A program made the translations under genes and the position numbers. Positions 1 through 13,937 of a stretch of DNA of 64,000 bases are shown here, piece by piece (position 1 is the first letter of the stretch; each line of letters opens with the position of its first letter). The DNA comes from Paragordius varius (taxonomy: Eukaryota; Animalia; Nematomorpha), in the NCBI GenBank assembly GCA_964247055.1, contig OZ176053.1, positions 3,286,001 through 3,350,000 of the forward strand, given 5' to 3'. The notes beneath the pieces were generated by a model. It made no database searches. It was not told the origin of the DNA and saw nothing but the letters and a program-made list of their open reading frames with translations.

Positions 1-1220
1 CGGTCCCTCCATGTAATTAAAAATTTGTCCGTACAAGCTGGCCCATTTCACATAGGTGTATTGAATGCCATGTTTAAATAATGATAAGTTTGAACCTATG
101 AGAGGTAAGGTGAGAGGATGTTTTAGCCCATTTTTGCAATGAATCCTATACACGGGGATTAAACTGTAAAGCAATAACGAAACGATAGAAAACCAAACTA
201 GTGATGAAAGGAGTGCGACCACCATAATTGATTAACACAAAAAAATTTATTTGTATATCTAAATTTTTTTATATTTTATTATTTATATTATAATTTTATG
301 CGATATAGAGAGCGAGAGAGACAAACTGTTTTTTTGTCAACTCATATAATGCACCTTAACCATATATATTTATTATGTTATATATGTATAGGTTGGATAC
401 AATCCAATATAAATTGGAGTGAATGTGTTGTATGCGATGCGATAAAATACCTGCCTCAATTATTGTTTTCAATTCATAGTTATTATATAATAATAATTTA
501 GTTTTAGAAAAAATTATCGTTTGCTTGTTTTGAAAAAAAAAATAAAAAAAATATGGAGCTTTTAAAAGACTTCTAGATGTGACCTTGAGTCGTAGTATTG
601 TATATGAATAATTATCAAACTAATTTATGCCTTAAATTATCCGTCGTTTACATGTCCAATAAATATTGGCCGTTAATGAAATTAATAATCGTTTTTATGA
701 TAATTTTAGAGGTGTTGTGATGTTTTAAATAAATATATTGAGTCATAAGACGTTACAAATATGGTAAAATATTTTTTTATAACCAAGTTTTAAAAATTTT
801 ACGGTTGAGTTAGAAATAGGTCATTTTAATGTTTTAATAAATATCAATAATACAATTACACAAAATATAAAAAAAGGTATTTAGAATCAAAAGAGATAAG
901 TAGCGAATTTTATTTTATTTTAACTTGGTAACATCATTTTATAACCATCATTGCACTAACGGGTGTTTATTTCTAATTGGTTATTGATTAATCGAATTCG
1001 TGCAATATATTTACCCTATGATTACACTTGGCCTTTATTTAATTTTAATTAATTATTTGTTCATATGTGCCTCTAAGCCATTTTGGGTATTTTTATTTAG
1101 TAGGAATAAATTTAGACTCAATCAATCAGGGTTTACATAATTACACTTAGGCACATATATAAAAATAAACTTCGTCGTTTAAACAATTTTACGGACACGT
1201 TTTGGGGGCATGCTCTAAAT

Positions 1221-3936
1221 CAGTTATACTCAAACCGCGGCCCGTGGGCCGCATGAGGTCCTAAGAGTGCTTTAAAATTGCCCTATGACCATATAGATAC
1301 TTAAATTATTTTTTTTTGATGAATTTTTAAAATACACATAAACGAATTTTTGCTTATTTTAATATTGATTTATTTTCTTTAGGTCTAATATTTATTTTTT
1401 ACCCAATTTGAAATATACAAAATTTTCCTACATTAAATGATTTTAAAATTTTGGCCACGTTGTTTCTGTATTATTTTTTCTTTTCTATTTTAAAATTTTT
1501 ATTGCATTCCTTTTTTGTATTCAAGCAAGCCTTTCACCCAAACTTGCATATACATATTCTTTTCATTGCTATCCTGCATTATTTTTTATAACTCAGTTCC
1601 AAAAATATTTCTTAAATCAACATCATTAAATTTCAACCTGTTTTTTTTATATCATAATTCAAATTACATTCCTATTTTTTTAAAAAAATTTACATAATAT
1701 TTAAACACAAATTCAAAGGGCGACATCTAATGCGAGAAAATGTAAATTACACTAGTCGACAAATTTGGACATTTTTGAGCACCACCACTCAAACTTTTAA
1801 ATTATGACTAATTTCAGTGTTTTAAAACCGAATGTGAAAATTTTTTTGATCCCACCAATCAGAATTTTGAAATATTATAGGTTTTTCAATTTTTCAAAAA
1901 CTAGAGAAAATCGAGAGAAAATTAAATATAACTTTATAATAAAATGTTATTATATTATAAACTTAATATTTATTAAAGCGTTTTAAACTCTATCTTTTGA
2001 ATATAAATATGTCATTTAAATATCAGAGAGAAAAATATAATACGGACTTAAACGTCTAAATTCAGTCTTTTTCTTTCAAGTGAATTTTTAGAACGTATAA
2101 AAATTTTTTTAAAAAATACTAAAAAAGGCATTCTATGGTTTAAACCTTCGGCTTTCAGATAGGCTATATTTTTTTGTTGATTTTCGTTCTCTCGAGTACT
2201 TATTAGGCTTTTTTTCTTGAGTTGGTTCTTACAAAAAATCCTTTATTTATAACTAGTGGATATACTTTATTTTTTATTATTGGTTGTTTTGTATTTTTAA
2301 TTTCAGATGGATGTTATGTAGCCACTTTTAGTAGAATTTACTATTATGGGATTGGACCTTTTGTATTTACCTAATCTTTTTATTCAATTTAATTGTAGAA
2401 TTTATCTAACTTTATTCTGTGAATTGGTTAATTTGACATGTCAATTTGCCTGGATTTTGCTTGTAAGTCTCTCTTATCGGGCTTTACGATTACTTATTGT
2501 TATCTTTGCCATATCTTGCCTAATTGGATCGCTTGGGGGATATGCAGAGCTTGTGCAGCCGCCCGGATCTATCACACTATACATGAGCCCCTTTTAGATT
2601 TTTAATACTTTGGCTATCTTGTTTTGTATCTTATTTAATCCCTAGAATTTTGTTATTCATACATAGAATATTACTTGTATCGACTTGTTCGTTTGAATAT
2701 TTAAACATATGTACACGAGAAATGATTGTTATTTTTATATTAAATACAAATTTAAAAATTAAATTTCGGAAATATCCTATTGGTGGCCTCAATTTTCTTT
2801 TTTGTATTTGCCTTTCCATGCCATTAGGTATCAGAAATTACAAATATAATGGGGTGGTGCAAAACCTTGTTGAGCAGTGTTATCTGATGAAAATCGCTCG
2901 TTTATATAAGAATGGGAAGAACTTTGTCGTTTTAAATAAAAATGTTGTTACCTTCCTTATATATAAGGACAACATAATTATAAATACAACATTGAAAGAC
3001 ATTTTACATTCCATCATTCTCATAAATTACCAGAAAATCATGAAAGAAACGAAAAATATAAAAAGATTAAGGAATTATATCAAAAGAAAAATCTATTATT
3101 TCCATAGCTTTCTCCCAGGAAAAAGCTGTAACATTAGCTTCTATTTGCTTTTGAAAAAAATTAATAAAATATAAACTAGATTTTATAAATAAAACCATAT
3201 ATTTTCCAACATTCACGATTCATAAAGAAAATAGAATTTACCGCAGAGATTAATTTAATAATAGACAATCACTTAACATTTTTATCTAATGAGATGAAAT
3301 CCAGATTTAAAGAATTAAGAAATATTAAAAATTGCTTAAAACAGGTGGAAAATCAATGGCATATGGATATATTCAATATTAGGCAACTTGAGCATTTCGG
3401 TTTTGATCAGGCGCATATCATTGAAGAATTCGTTGATTTTAAAAATGATTCCGATTCGGAGGCTATAATCAAGGAGATTCGTAGTGAAGAAAGATATGTA
3501 GAGTTTTGGCAAGATAAGCCAAATAAATATGAAAATATAAAAAAATCACAAGTTATTCTAACTATTTTCCCTCAACTTACACGTGTGAGACGGCATATTT
3601 AAAAAAGAAGACATACAGAAATCGCTTAACCGATGATCATATGGACGACGTATTAAGATTCGCCTATGAGGCGAAACCAAATTTGGCAAAAATTATTGGT
3701 TAATATTAAAATAAATGTTGTTATCATAATATTTTAATATTTTTAAATTAAATGGAAAACGAGTTTTTAGCTGGATTTACATGCGATCCGCAATAAATTC
3801 ATTGTACCGATTTACATATAAATATGTGCAGATGTATCGAACAGCTATGGAATATTTGCCATTCTAAGGTTCATGGCCCTCGAAAAAAAATATATATTTT
3901 ATTTGGCCCGTCAAATTTTTTTGGTGAGTACCACTG
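1221..3936 (+). mobile_element. Non-autonomous hAT (Charlie/Buster, GTF2IRD2-like) element with transposase remnants, interrupted by a nested Tc1-type element
   Basis: Perfect 8-bp TSD CTCTAAAT at 1213-1220 and 3937-3944. Imperfect TIR CAGTTATACTCA / TGAGTACCACTG. Removing 1750-2879 rejoins RKCKLSDENRSF*EWEEL (hAT N-terminus). 3294-3680 holds a C-terminal dimerisation-domain remnant (FWQDK...IFP, then TYTCETAY and YRNRLTDDHMDDVLR in shifted frames). Stops and frameshifts present. Confidence 0.85.
1750..2879. mobile_element. ~1.13-kb non-autonomous Tc1/mariner-type element, copy 1
   Basis: Ends CACTAGTCGACAAA...TTGTTGAGCAGTG, TA at the left. Collinear, high-identity second copy at 31812-32953. 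No credible ORF. Confidence 0.8.
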
Positions 3937-5725
3937 CTCTAAATGAATATATCGGGAAAAGCGAAGCAGGGTTATATACCTAGCGATGTTAGTAGTACGG
4001 TTAGATGCGGTTTATGGCCTTATCACTCCCAAAGGGAAGGAAATTTTAAACCGGGTTAATGAATAGATTAATGAAACCGTACCTAACTACCCGGGTGAAA
4101 ACAGCAGAATATATCAATTATAGTAAGAGTACTGCACGATTTTTTATGCATTATGTAAATATCGGGTATTAATATTATGCATTTACATAGCTAAAACATG
4201 GTTGGCACTACTAGCAATGATCAATTACCTTTAAAATAATAAAATACATTCAATCGATTCCACAGCCCATGAAGTTTACAAATAAAAAATTGATTTAAGT
4301 ATTCAATCTATATCCACTTAATGTGTTGTTACTGTTAAAAATTAAGCGAGGAACATAAATTATGGAATTGGTTTAAGTGATCAAAATTGGGAAAGAAATA
4401 TATTTTTATCTTTTTCAATGAATTCCAAAAGGATTGATTAAGCAACCATATTAAAAAATCGCATTTAATTTTTATTTTTATATCTTGAAAAAGTTTTAAA
4501 TTTTTGTAGGTCTCAAAAATAGGTTAGTTTTTGTGTTATGAAAATGCTTATCGAATCGTATTTTAATATATGTTATTTTATGCATAAACTGCGCTTAAAA
4601 ATTGAATTTAGCAAAATTTTGTCAAAGCAGAGGGAAAACGGTATAAATCTACTTATACAAAATATTACTTCTATAATATGATGTTGAACGATTCTATTTC
4701 CATAAAAGATTTTTTTTATATAAATATCTTTTTTTAAAAAACATATATTTTCTTTATGTGAGGTTACAAAAATGAGTATCATCAATTTATGGAAAAGTGT
4801 TTTATATCCAAAAGTGTCCGTTTCCTTTGTGCTTTCAAATACCATAAAATGCGCTTCAACATATTGCTAAAATTTAACTCAGTATAGTATGAATTTTTAT
4901 GTATAAGGCTTAGTTTAATCAATCCAGATACTGTATTACAATTATTTGAAAATTGACGTTTTTGGAAATATCCAAAAATTACAGACCTTCGGACCCGCAA
5001 CGACCAAATATAAATATCATTTGCACTGTAACTCGGTTAACCCCCGATACAACAATTATTTAAAGTCCCTGTAAATCAATATTTAAAAAATATATATTCA
5101 GATAAATTTTTACATTCGATTGAAAAATCGATTTTACAATTTTTATTTTTTCATTGAAAAATATTTATAATAACTTTATTTAATAAATTAACAAACAAAA
5201 AAGGAAAATATATAAATTAATCGAGAGAATTAACTACTTTGTAGGGCCTTAATCTACGTAAGAACATAAATAAAATATCATAATTACGGATGTTCAATTA
5301 TCGAAAATTTTTACCAAATTTAAATTATATATTATATCAAATCTCAAAATTTTGTCGATATTTGTTATCTTTAAATTTTATTTAGCTAAAAAAAACAGAA
5401 TGTTTATTTTAAAAATATATAGAAATTTCTACAAGGCTTTCAGGTTACATTGGCCCATTAAACACTTAATATATGTTGATATTAAGATCAGTTGTTTGAT
5501 ACATATATGTTTTAAAGCTAACATATTAGACAAGTATCAGTGTAAAAAATACAAGCTTTTTGATTCATACAATGCTATGGTTAAATTTTAGCCAAAACAA
5601 CAAAAAGGATATAAATTCCCTCACCGTCTACAAAAAAATGATAAGGTAAAAAAAGGTATTAACACTGTTAAGGCTAACACTCGTTTTGAAGTATGATTTT
5701 CATATGAAATGACTTAAATTTTTGC

Positions 5726-8700
5726 ATGTCCCTTATTGCAGAACGCGTTCGCAAGGATAGGGAATCAGCTATTTTTGCCGATAATGTTTTTAAGTTTAAT
5801 CTAGAAACATCAACCAATCAAAAGTATGATGACACCCAATATGAATATAAAGATACTTTACGTCATCTGGACACCTATTATATTAGATGTAATATATAAG
5901 CCATAAAATTTAGTTAAAAAATTGGTTTTAAACGAACAAAACGTAGTTACTGGATTATTTCCTGAATACGGACTGGGCGAAAGTTTGTACTCAACGGCAA
6001 ATCCACTAAAAAATGTAATATCTAAGGTTCGTGATAGTATATATTGCGCTTTGTCTTCATGGTCCTTATCTCAAGCATACAAGTACTTTTGTTTTTTCAT
6101 TTTTTAGAAAGATTGACGATAATAATGGCCGTATGCATGAGTTATCCCAATCTACAGTAAAATGCATGCGGGGTATTTTACAATGTTGGATGTATCAATC
6201 GAATAAAGTTTAATTTTTTATATGCGCTATAAACTTGCGAACAATTCATTAAATATATATGTCAAATTGTTGCTAAAGTAATAATTAAAAATATTAATTA
6301 TTTTGATTTTTACGATTGTTAATGTCCCATTGTTTTATCGTTATAATTTTGCAATATTCCTATGATCATTAAATATTACTATTTTTGCCGAATCCTTATA
6401 ACCTAAATAGATTGATATGTCATTTTTTTATTTTTATAATTCTCTACAAGTAGAGTTAACTTTTTTATTAGAGCAGTGGTCGCCGACCTTTTTTTGTTCA
6501 CGCCCCACCAAATTGTAAATAAATAATCTTGCGCCCCTTTTTGAAAATAATCCAACATAAAAATATAAAATAAAAATCCTAATCAATGAGATCTTTATGT
6601 CTGATAAATTCTTCAAATTTTTTGTGCCCCGTTAAAATTTTCCACGCCCCCTTGGGGGGGGGGGGGGGTTGCCCCCTTTTGGGAACCACTGTTTTAGAGA
6701 ATACATTATATCTTATATTTTAGTTTGAAAAATTGATGTTGTCCATTTCTTGTACAAAGTAATGGTTATTACTATAAATATATATTATTTTCAAATAATT
6801 GACATCCATCCTCTTATATGTAATTTAAATTTGTGTGATCATCATTGATAGCTCGAAGCATTCAAAGTCGATCAAAGTGCCAAAAATGCCCTTCATTCCA
6901 TTTTCGATCTTAATACGGGCAAGGAAAATGAGTTTACGCGAGATTATGAACACTTACAGGTTAAAACCATTTTGTTTTTTTAGAACATTACTTTAATTTT
7001 TTTAGCCCTAAAAAAATTTATATTACAATCATATATATATATACCATTTACAGCAAATTCTTCCTTTAACAATTTAATTTCACCTTTAAACAATTCTAAT
7101 TCACTCTGAAAAAATTATGTGTTTTTTAATATAACTAACTCATTATTAATATGAAATAAATCTTTATGGCATAGTTTATTATAATTTGAGTATTATTTTA
7201 ATTTATGAAAAAATGTATTTTTTAAAAATATATAAAAATATAGGTAATTTTAATCTTAACATATAATTTATTTCAGGGTGAGTTTGAATCGTTCGAGGGT
7301 GAATTTCAATTGTTCTTGGGTGAATTTCAATTGTTCAAGGGTGAATGAGTATTTGAATATAAATGGTATATATATATATATATATATATATAGATTGACA
7401 CCGTGTCATTATATTTGATTACTTTGGTGCAAATGATAGCATCCGGATTACAGGTTTTAGTGTTAAAAATTAAATCAATTAGGATTTTTTACTTACCTAC
7501 CTACCTAACTTTTTGTGATTAAATGCATAAATTTTCTATATTCCCTCCTCCCTTTTAACTTATATATATATTTATTTAAAAGTTTTAATAAAATATTTTT
7601 TATTTAATGTTAAACAATGAATATTTCTAGATAATTTATTCAAGAGAGGAAGTAAATTTTATCCAAAACTTGGTATTTTACGTTGAAAGGGCTTACCGTA
7701 CCCCCGATTTTGGTATGTGGGAACGTGGTACTAAATATAATAATGGCGATTGCGAATTACATGCTAGGTTAGCTATTTATGTGACAATTTAAATTTACAC
7801 ATTATATATAATGTTTAAATGTCCAACCTATTCGAGAAAAGCCACAATTAAAATCAAAATTAAATTTTTGGGTAATAAAACAATGAATCAAAAAGTCAAA
7901 CATTGTAATATAATTATTCAAAACATGAGGCAAGTACCGCCATGAATTAGATTGCGATTGGATATATTTACTACCATGTATGGTTATAAAATACTCTCAG
8001 TTCTGAAATCAATTTTTTATTGAATACACAAAGAAATTGTATTTATAATATTTTAAAGCTCTTTTAAAGCACAATATATTGCTAAAAAATTTCTTATAAG
8101 CATGATTTGGAACATGGGTTTATAGCCCTTTTTAATGTAATTGTAAGAAGTTGAGGATTTCATAACATGGTCATAATCCATAATTCCATAAGTCCAACTA
8201 TTTCATATGTTAGCTTAGAAAAAGCTTTTAAAAATTATCCTTTTAAAATAATTAATTTGGGTTTTTCTTTATTTTTTATTATATCGTTATAATACGTAGC
8301 CTCAATATTATTTTTATACTATTATTAGTTCTATAGGCATGGCTAAGGCTGCTCTTGAAATCATAAATGGATTTAATTTGTATGGAGATCATGGGAATTA
8401 CTGGTCTGTGATCTATGTTGATATTGATGCACACAATAGAAATCGTACCATATTGGAAACGCTCTTACCACGAGAATCAAATTCCAAAGTATGCTAGAAT
8501 AATTTTGTCTAATATATGTGTTTTTCAAGTATAGGACGATAAATACTATTTTTTAATTTAATGCTTAATTGTTTGGTTTAAATAAATATCTTATCCTAAA
8601 TCTGTAATTAATATATATAGGAAAAAAGAGTACATATTACTAAATTGTTAATTTTTTATACTGAATAAGGAAGGGAAATAACTAATAATATATATTTTTT

Positions 8701-11700
8701 GGTTTTAAATCAAATTTAAAGCTGTTGAACTAAATCTCCCTAAAGTATAATTTACGAAAATATAAAATTTGGATGTACACCTGCTTACAGAATACAGATT
8801 GTTCCTTGATTCCAACCCTGGGGTTTCCCTGTTTTGCCCTGCATGATGAAACTATAATTGCCACGTGTACTGACCGGGTAAAGAGTCGCCTTGAAGGCAA
8901 ATACGGGTTTAAACGATTCGTTCGAGATGGGTATGGTACCGAAATAGAGGCTGACCTTAATTTGGAATGCTTACGCACCTTAAATGCCAGTAAATCGAAT
9001 GAAAGTTATTCAACACGCGACTCAAACACCAGCAATAATTATATTGTGAGACGGGGTGAAATTATACCAGCCATATTACATTACAATACAAGTCTTACAC
9101 CTGGGACAGGGACGGCTATAAAACCCTTCAAATTTGACGAAACAACCCTAACGGATAAAATGAAGTTGGGGGAGATTGGACTGGGATACCCCAATGAAAT
9201 TTATTACTCCAAAGGATTATTACAAGTACCGTTTACTTTTTTATAAATTGAAAGATTCGGTACCGAAAATGGGATGTCTTATATAACTTAATGGTTATAT
9301 TAACGGTTTTCCTATAAACCATCTAATTTTAATAAATATTTTATTTAAGTTTGGATAGGAGGTTTAAAGTTAGATCATTAAGGATTATGGATGAGTAGTT
9401 AATAATTTAATGGATTAGATATTTTAGTCGAATTATTTAATTGTAAGAAAAATATTATTATTGGGTGTTTTGGCAAAATCTTTGTTTTAAAATCCGAATA
9501 TTTAGTCATGGCAAAGATATTCGTCTAATATTTACGATTGTATTAATCCTTTCATATTGTTTCATAAAGATCCATGCATTTAATACCATATACTTCAGGC
9601 CCAAAGTAAAAACATATTAAAAGGATGTTTCCATAAAACAGGGATGGCCATCACGCTTTTTTCGCTAAGTAAAAGTTCTCTAAAAATGTTAAAAAAATAA
9701 ATAATTGGTTTTCAATCAAAAATTTACGCGATTATTTAGAAGATATTTTATCCAAGATTGGGTTCAAAATAAATAAATAAAAAATAATCAATGCATCAGC
9801 GACGATATTTGCGTTGGACACCCCTAACTTAAAATAATATAAAATGATTAAAAAGATCCTTCACTAACAATGGACAAAATATCCTAGATATGACTGTAAT
9901 ATTCCTTTAGCTATTTATCGATTAAATCAAACATTTTTATAATATGCATTTTTTATACCATTAATTTTTTACATTAATATTGTTTTAGGAGTTTGATGGG
10001 GTAGAAAGCGAATGGCCCTTGTTTTATATTTTCATGATCATAAACGGTAATTATTTCTTTTATTTTTGCTTATAAAATTTTTTATTGTTCTGCATATCAA
10101 TTATTGGGATAGGCATTAAAATATTTTCATAGTTTTTTTTACTAGCAATATAAATTTTGTATATAAAGCGGTGTTCAAAAAAAATCCTTCGGATGTGCAA
10201 TACTATATTTCAATGTTGGAACCTTTGCTCAAACAAAGTGAAGATGGTATATAAAAAAATTAACTTTTCATATTGAAATATTTCATTTTTAATCCACATA
10301 ACTTAAGTATATTTAACAAAATAAATGTCTTTTGCATATTAAAAACTTTTAATAAAAAGAGTTTTGATGAAATGCATAGAAATCAGCATATATATCATCC
10401 CTTAAAAATCTATTTTATGATAGAAATCATAATTCCAAAATTTTATTATGTTCCAATACAATTGATGACGCTGGAAAGAAGGTACCCGGGTACGCAAATT
10501 CGGTACTCCTCGCCCGAATATAAGGAGGGCCGATATTTTTTGTGGGCCCAATCACTTTATTTGATTGCAAATTTACTGGGTATGCACATATAACTTTTGA
10601 AAATATTGATTGTTAACTTGTTACTCTATTCGATAACATAATAAAAAATTTATTATGTTATTATAATATTTTTCCATAAATATTCATTCAAAATATTGCA
10701 TTTAAGATAGGTGAGTCGTTGGTTTTAATAATTATATTTAATTTAAAGTATAAAACTGTTTATAATTTAATGATATGTGTTTTGTGATAATAAATAAAGG
10801 ATATTGCTTAATTCGAAATTTTTCATAATTTATTTATTATTTTTGCATATATTCTCAAAATGTTCTCCTTTTATTAGATTGTTAGGTAATGACAATAAGG
10901 TGTTATATATATTTATTGTTAAATTTAATCATAAACACGATTCAATCATGTTGGCCATATATTAATTTTTTTATTTGATTAACATTTTAGTGGATGGTTT
11001 ATTACATATTACGGATATTGATCCGATGAGGAAATATTTACCTGGCTCGGAACGACCTAAAGGTTCTTCACGCTACTCTTTTTTCCAAGTAAAAATCATC
11101 TCTTAAACTTTTACTTTAAAATATAATTCCCTTGATTAATTGTATCCAAATGGTAAATATTTTTGACATTTGAGAAACCTAAATTATTTTTAAAAACAGA
11201 TAACCTAATTTTGTTTTTACCAAAATCAAAAATGACAGAACATTTTCTCATTTAAAAATATATTTGTATTTAAATTTATTTTTTACCTTTGTTTAATAAA
11301 TACTTTGTAATTAAATGTATTCATATGTAATGTAAATTCCCAAATTCAATTAAAAAGAAATTTTATTTTTTTATTTACCTAATTTTAAAATTTCAAAACA
11401 AAAAATATTTATAAACTATAAATTTTTTTTTCAGGGAACCGCATCAGATTTAGTGGTTCAAGTTGTCCCCATAAGTGAGAGTGTTCGTTTACAATCATTC
11501 CTTTCCATGTATGGCATTTTGAGTCAAACACCTCACCAAGTTGAACCATTTCAAATTTGGGCTCCTAACGAATTATTAAAGGTATATATGCATTAAAGTT
11601 AGAGTTAAAAAAAGTTATTATTTAATTTTATATAACCCCCTATTCATGATTATGATGTGCTACATTTTCAATTTTTAGAATTTTTAAGTTATAAAAGTTT

Positions 11701-13903
11701 AAAATCTAGTAAACTTTCTCAAAAAACTACCCGTTAGACGGTATTTTAGAGTTTTTAACAATTATTTGATTAAACAATGCGGTTATTGTGCCATGTATTT
11801 TTACCACAATCGGGTTGTCTGCTATAATTATTATTTTTTTGTTCTTATTTGTTGAATGTTAATGTTATTTTATATTTTTCCTTTATCATTTTTGTAGGCT
11901 TACAGCTTCTTGGGGGCGAATCAAAAGCTTGGCTTAACTGGAAGGCCTCCACGTCCTATCGGTGTACTCGGAACTAGCAAGGTTAATTGATCAATTTTTA
12001 CATTTTTTTTCAAAGTTCCTCCACATTGGTATCATGAGTTTAATTCAGGGATACCCAACAGAGATATCATCGCCGGCTACTTTGATATTTTTTTTCTATT
12101 TTTATTAATTTTCATCTCAATTTTGGATGATATATCTTCTAAATCATCGTAGATTTTTGATTGAAAACCAATTTTTTATTTTTTAACATAATTTAGAGCA
12201 CTTTATACCGAAAGAAGCGTGTCGCACACCCCTAGTTTAATTGTTTTACACATTATCACACTTTGTATTAAATATTATTATTTTTAGAATTTATTATTTT
12301 TTACCGATGTAGCGCATATAAATTAATATTGAATAAATTTTTTTAAGTCTGCTTCACTTTTATGAAAATTTTAAAAGCAAAATTTTCATGTTGCTTTTAG
12401 TTTTACCGAATCTGCAATACAACTATCATATGTCACCCGTTGTTGCTTGAAGTACGCGATTTTTATCTCTCATATGACATATCTCTTCTACTTAATGATA
12501 TCAAGGTATTTATCAACTTACTTTTAAGTTTATAAATCTTTTTTTGCTTCTTAATTTTACTTAATTTTTTATCATAAACTTTTTATAATATCGGTCTAGA
12601 ATGAAATTATGTTGTTGGGGAAGTGTTGGAAAATGGCTGGTCGACCTACCTTCTGTTTTTACATACGCGAATCAAATATAAAGTATTCGATTGATTACAA
12701 AATTGTCCTTATTAACTAAAAATTGTGATTGATGAATATTAGATTTTGCTTATTTGTATCCATAATAGGTTTTGTCCATAACTAATTTTTTCAAAAGATA
12801 AAAGTGTTCAAAGGAATTTACATAATAAAGAAAAATGTTTTATCTTTTTTTGACAGGAGTCATCGTTTTAATGAAATTTTGGATTTGTTGGCTGACATGA
12901 GACGCGGGGAAATCGATGGGATAAAAATACGTCTTTGCCGATTGCAGGTTATCACCATTTAAAATTTTCGCTTTAAAATAGCATCATACATTGAATCATA
13001 TTACAATATTTTTTTGATATGTTACATGTAGGTTTTATAAACATAATTTAAATATAAGATTAGAATTAAGTCAAAATTTTTAATTCTCTCTCTTAACTAA
13101 AATTCATTTCTAATTTTGCGAAGAATTGTATTTCAACCGGTTGTACTGAACATTTGGATTTTGTGACGGGTAATGTTCCGGACATTAGTTACTTTAAACC
13201 GATTGAAGAATTGAGTTTAGCTGGTGCGGGATATACGAGTTTTATGGAAAGGTTTCCAAGACAAATGTCAATCCCACCCGATGTGGTAGATAAAACGCTT
13301 TTAAAGGTAGTTTTAATAAAAAAAATTTGATTTTAATACTTGAATATGGTTATTTAATAGATTAGTGCAAAGAACATATATAAAACATAATAAACTGATA
13401 AATGCATGTTTCCTATAAGTTTACATTGCTAGTACATTTAATATTGTCAAATAGAAGCATTACAGTAAAGAGCCTATTGGCTATAAGGAAGTAAAAAAGC
13501 AAAATCATATTGATTTCTGCTGTAAATGTGTTGTCGGGTAGTAATTGAAAACTAACGATGTATAATTAATTACACAAGTGTTTCCTGTTTAAACATGTTT
13601 TTTTTCAATACCAGAAAATGGTTTACGAATCTATATTGTTGGATGTTTAAATCAATTTTTTGATTAAAGATACGTTTTTAACACTTTTTTCAGCAGTATA
13701 AGTCTTGTTTCATAATTTTCGTTCGCATATTCTTAATGTGCGTTTTTTCTTATAGAATTGGAAATATAAGTTAAATGCCAAAAATTGAAACATGTTTGAA
13801 TTCATTGGATATTTAGCTGATGGAAGCATTTTTTAAATGATTATAATCCAAAAACTAAATTAGACGACATCCATATAATCCAAACTTATTTTTTTTCGGC
13901 AAA

Positions 13904-13937
<34 letters not shown>

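Noticed and set aside
2346-3174. ORFs inside the 1.13-kb element and their twins at 32717-32999
   Set aside because: Their similarity reflects the repeat; frames differ between copies and there is no domain.
7277-7348. 21-bp repeats as a CRISPR array
   Set aside because: Contiguous units with no spacers, in a eukaryotic intron, and no cas genes.
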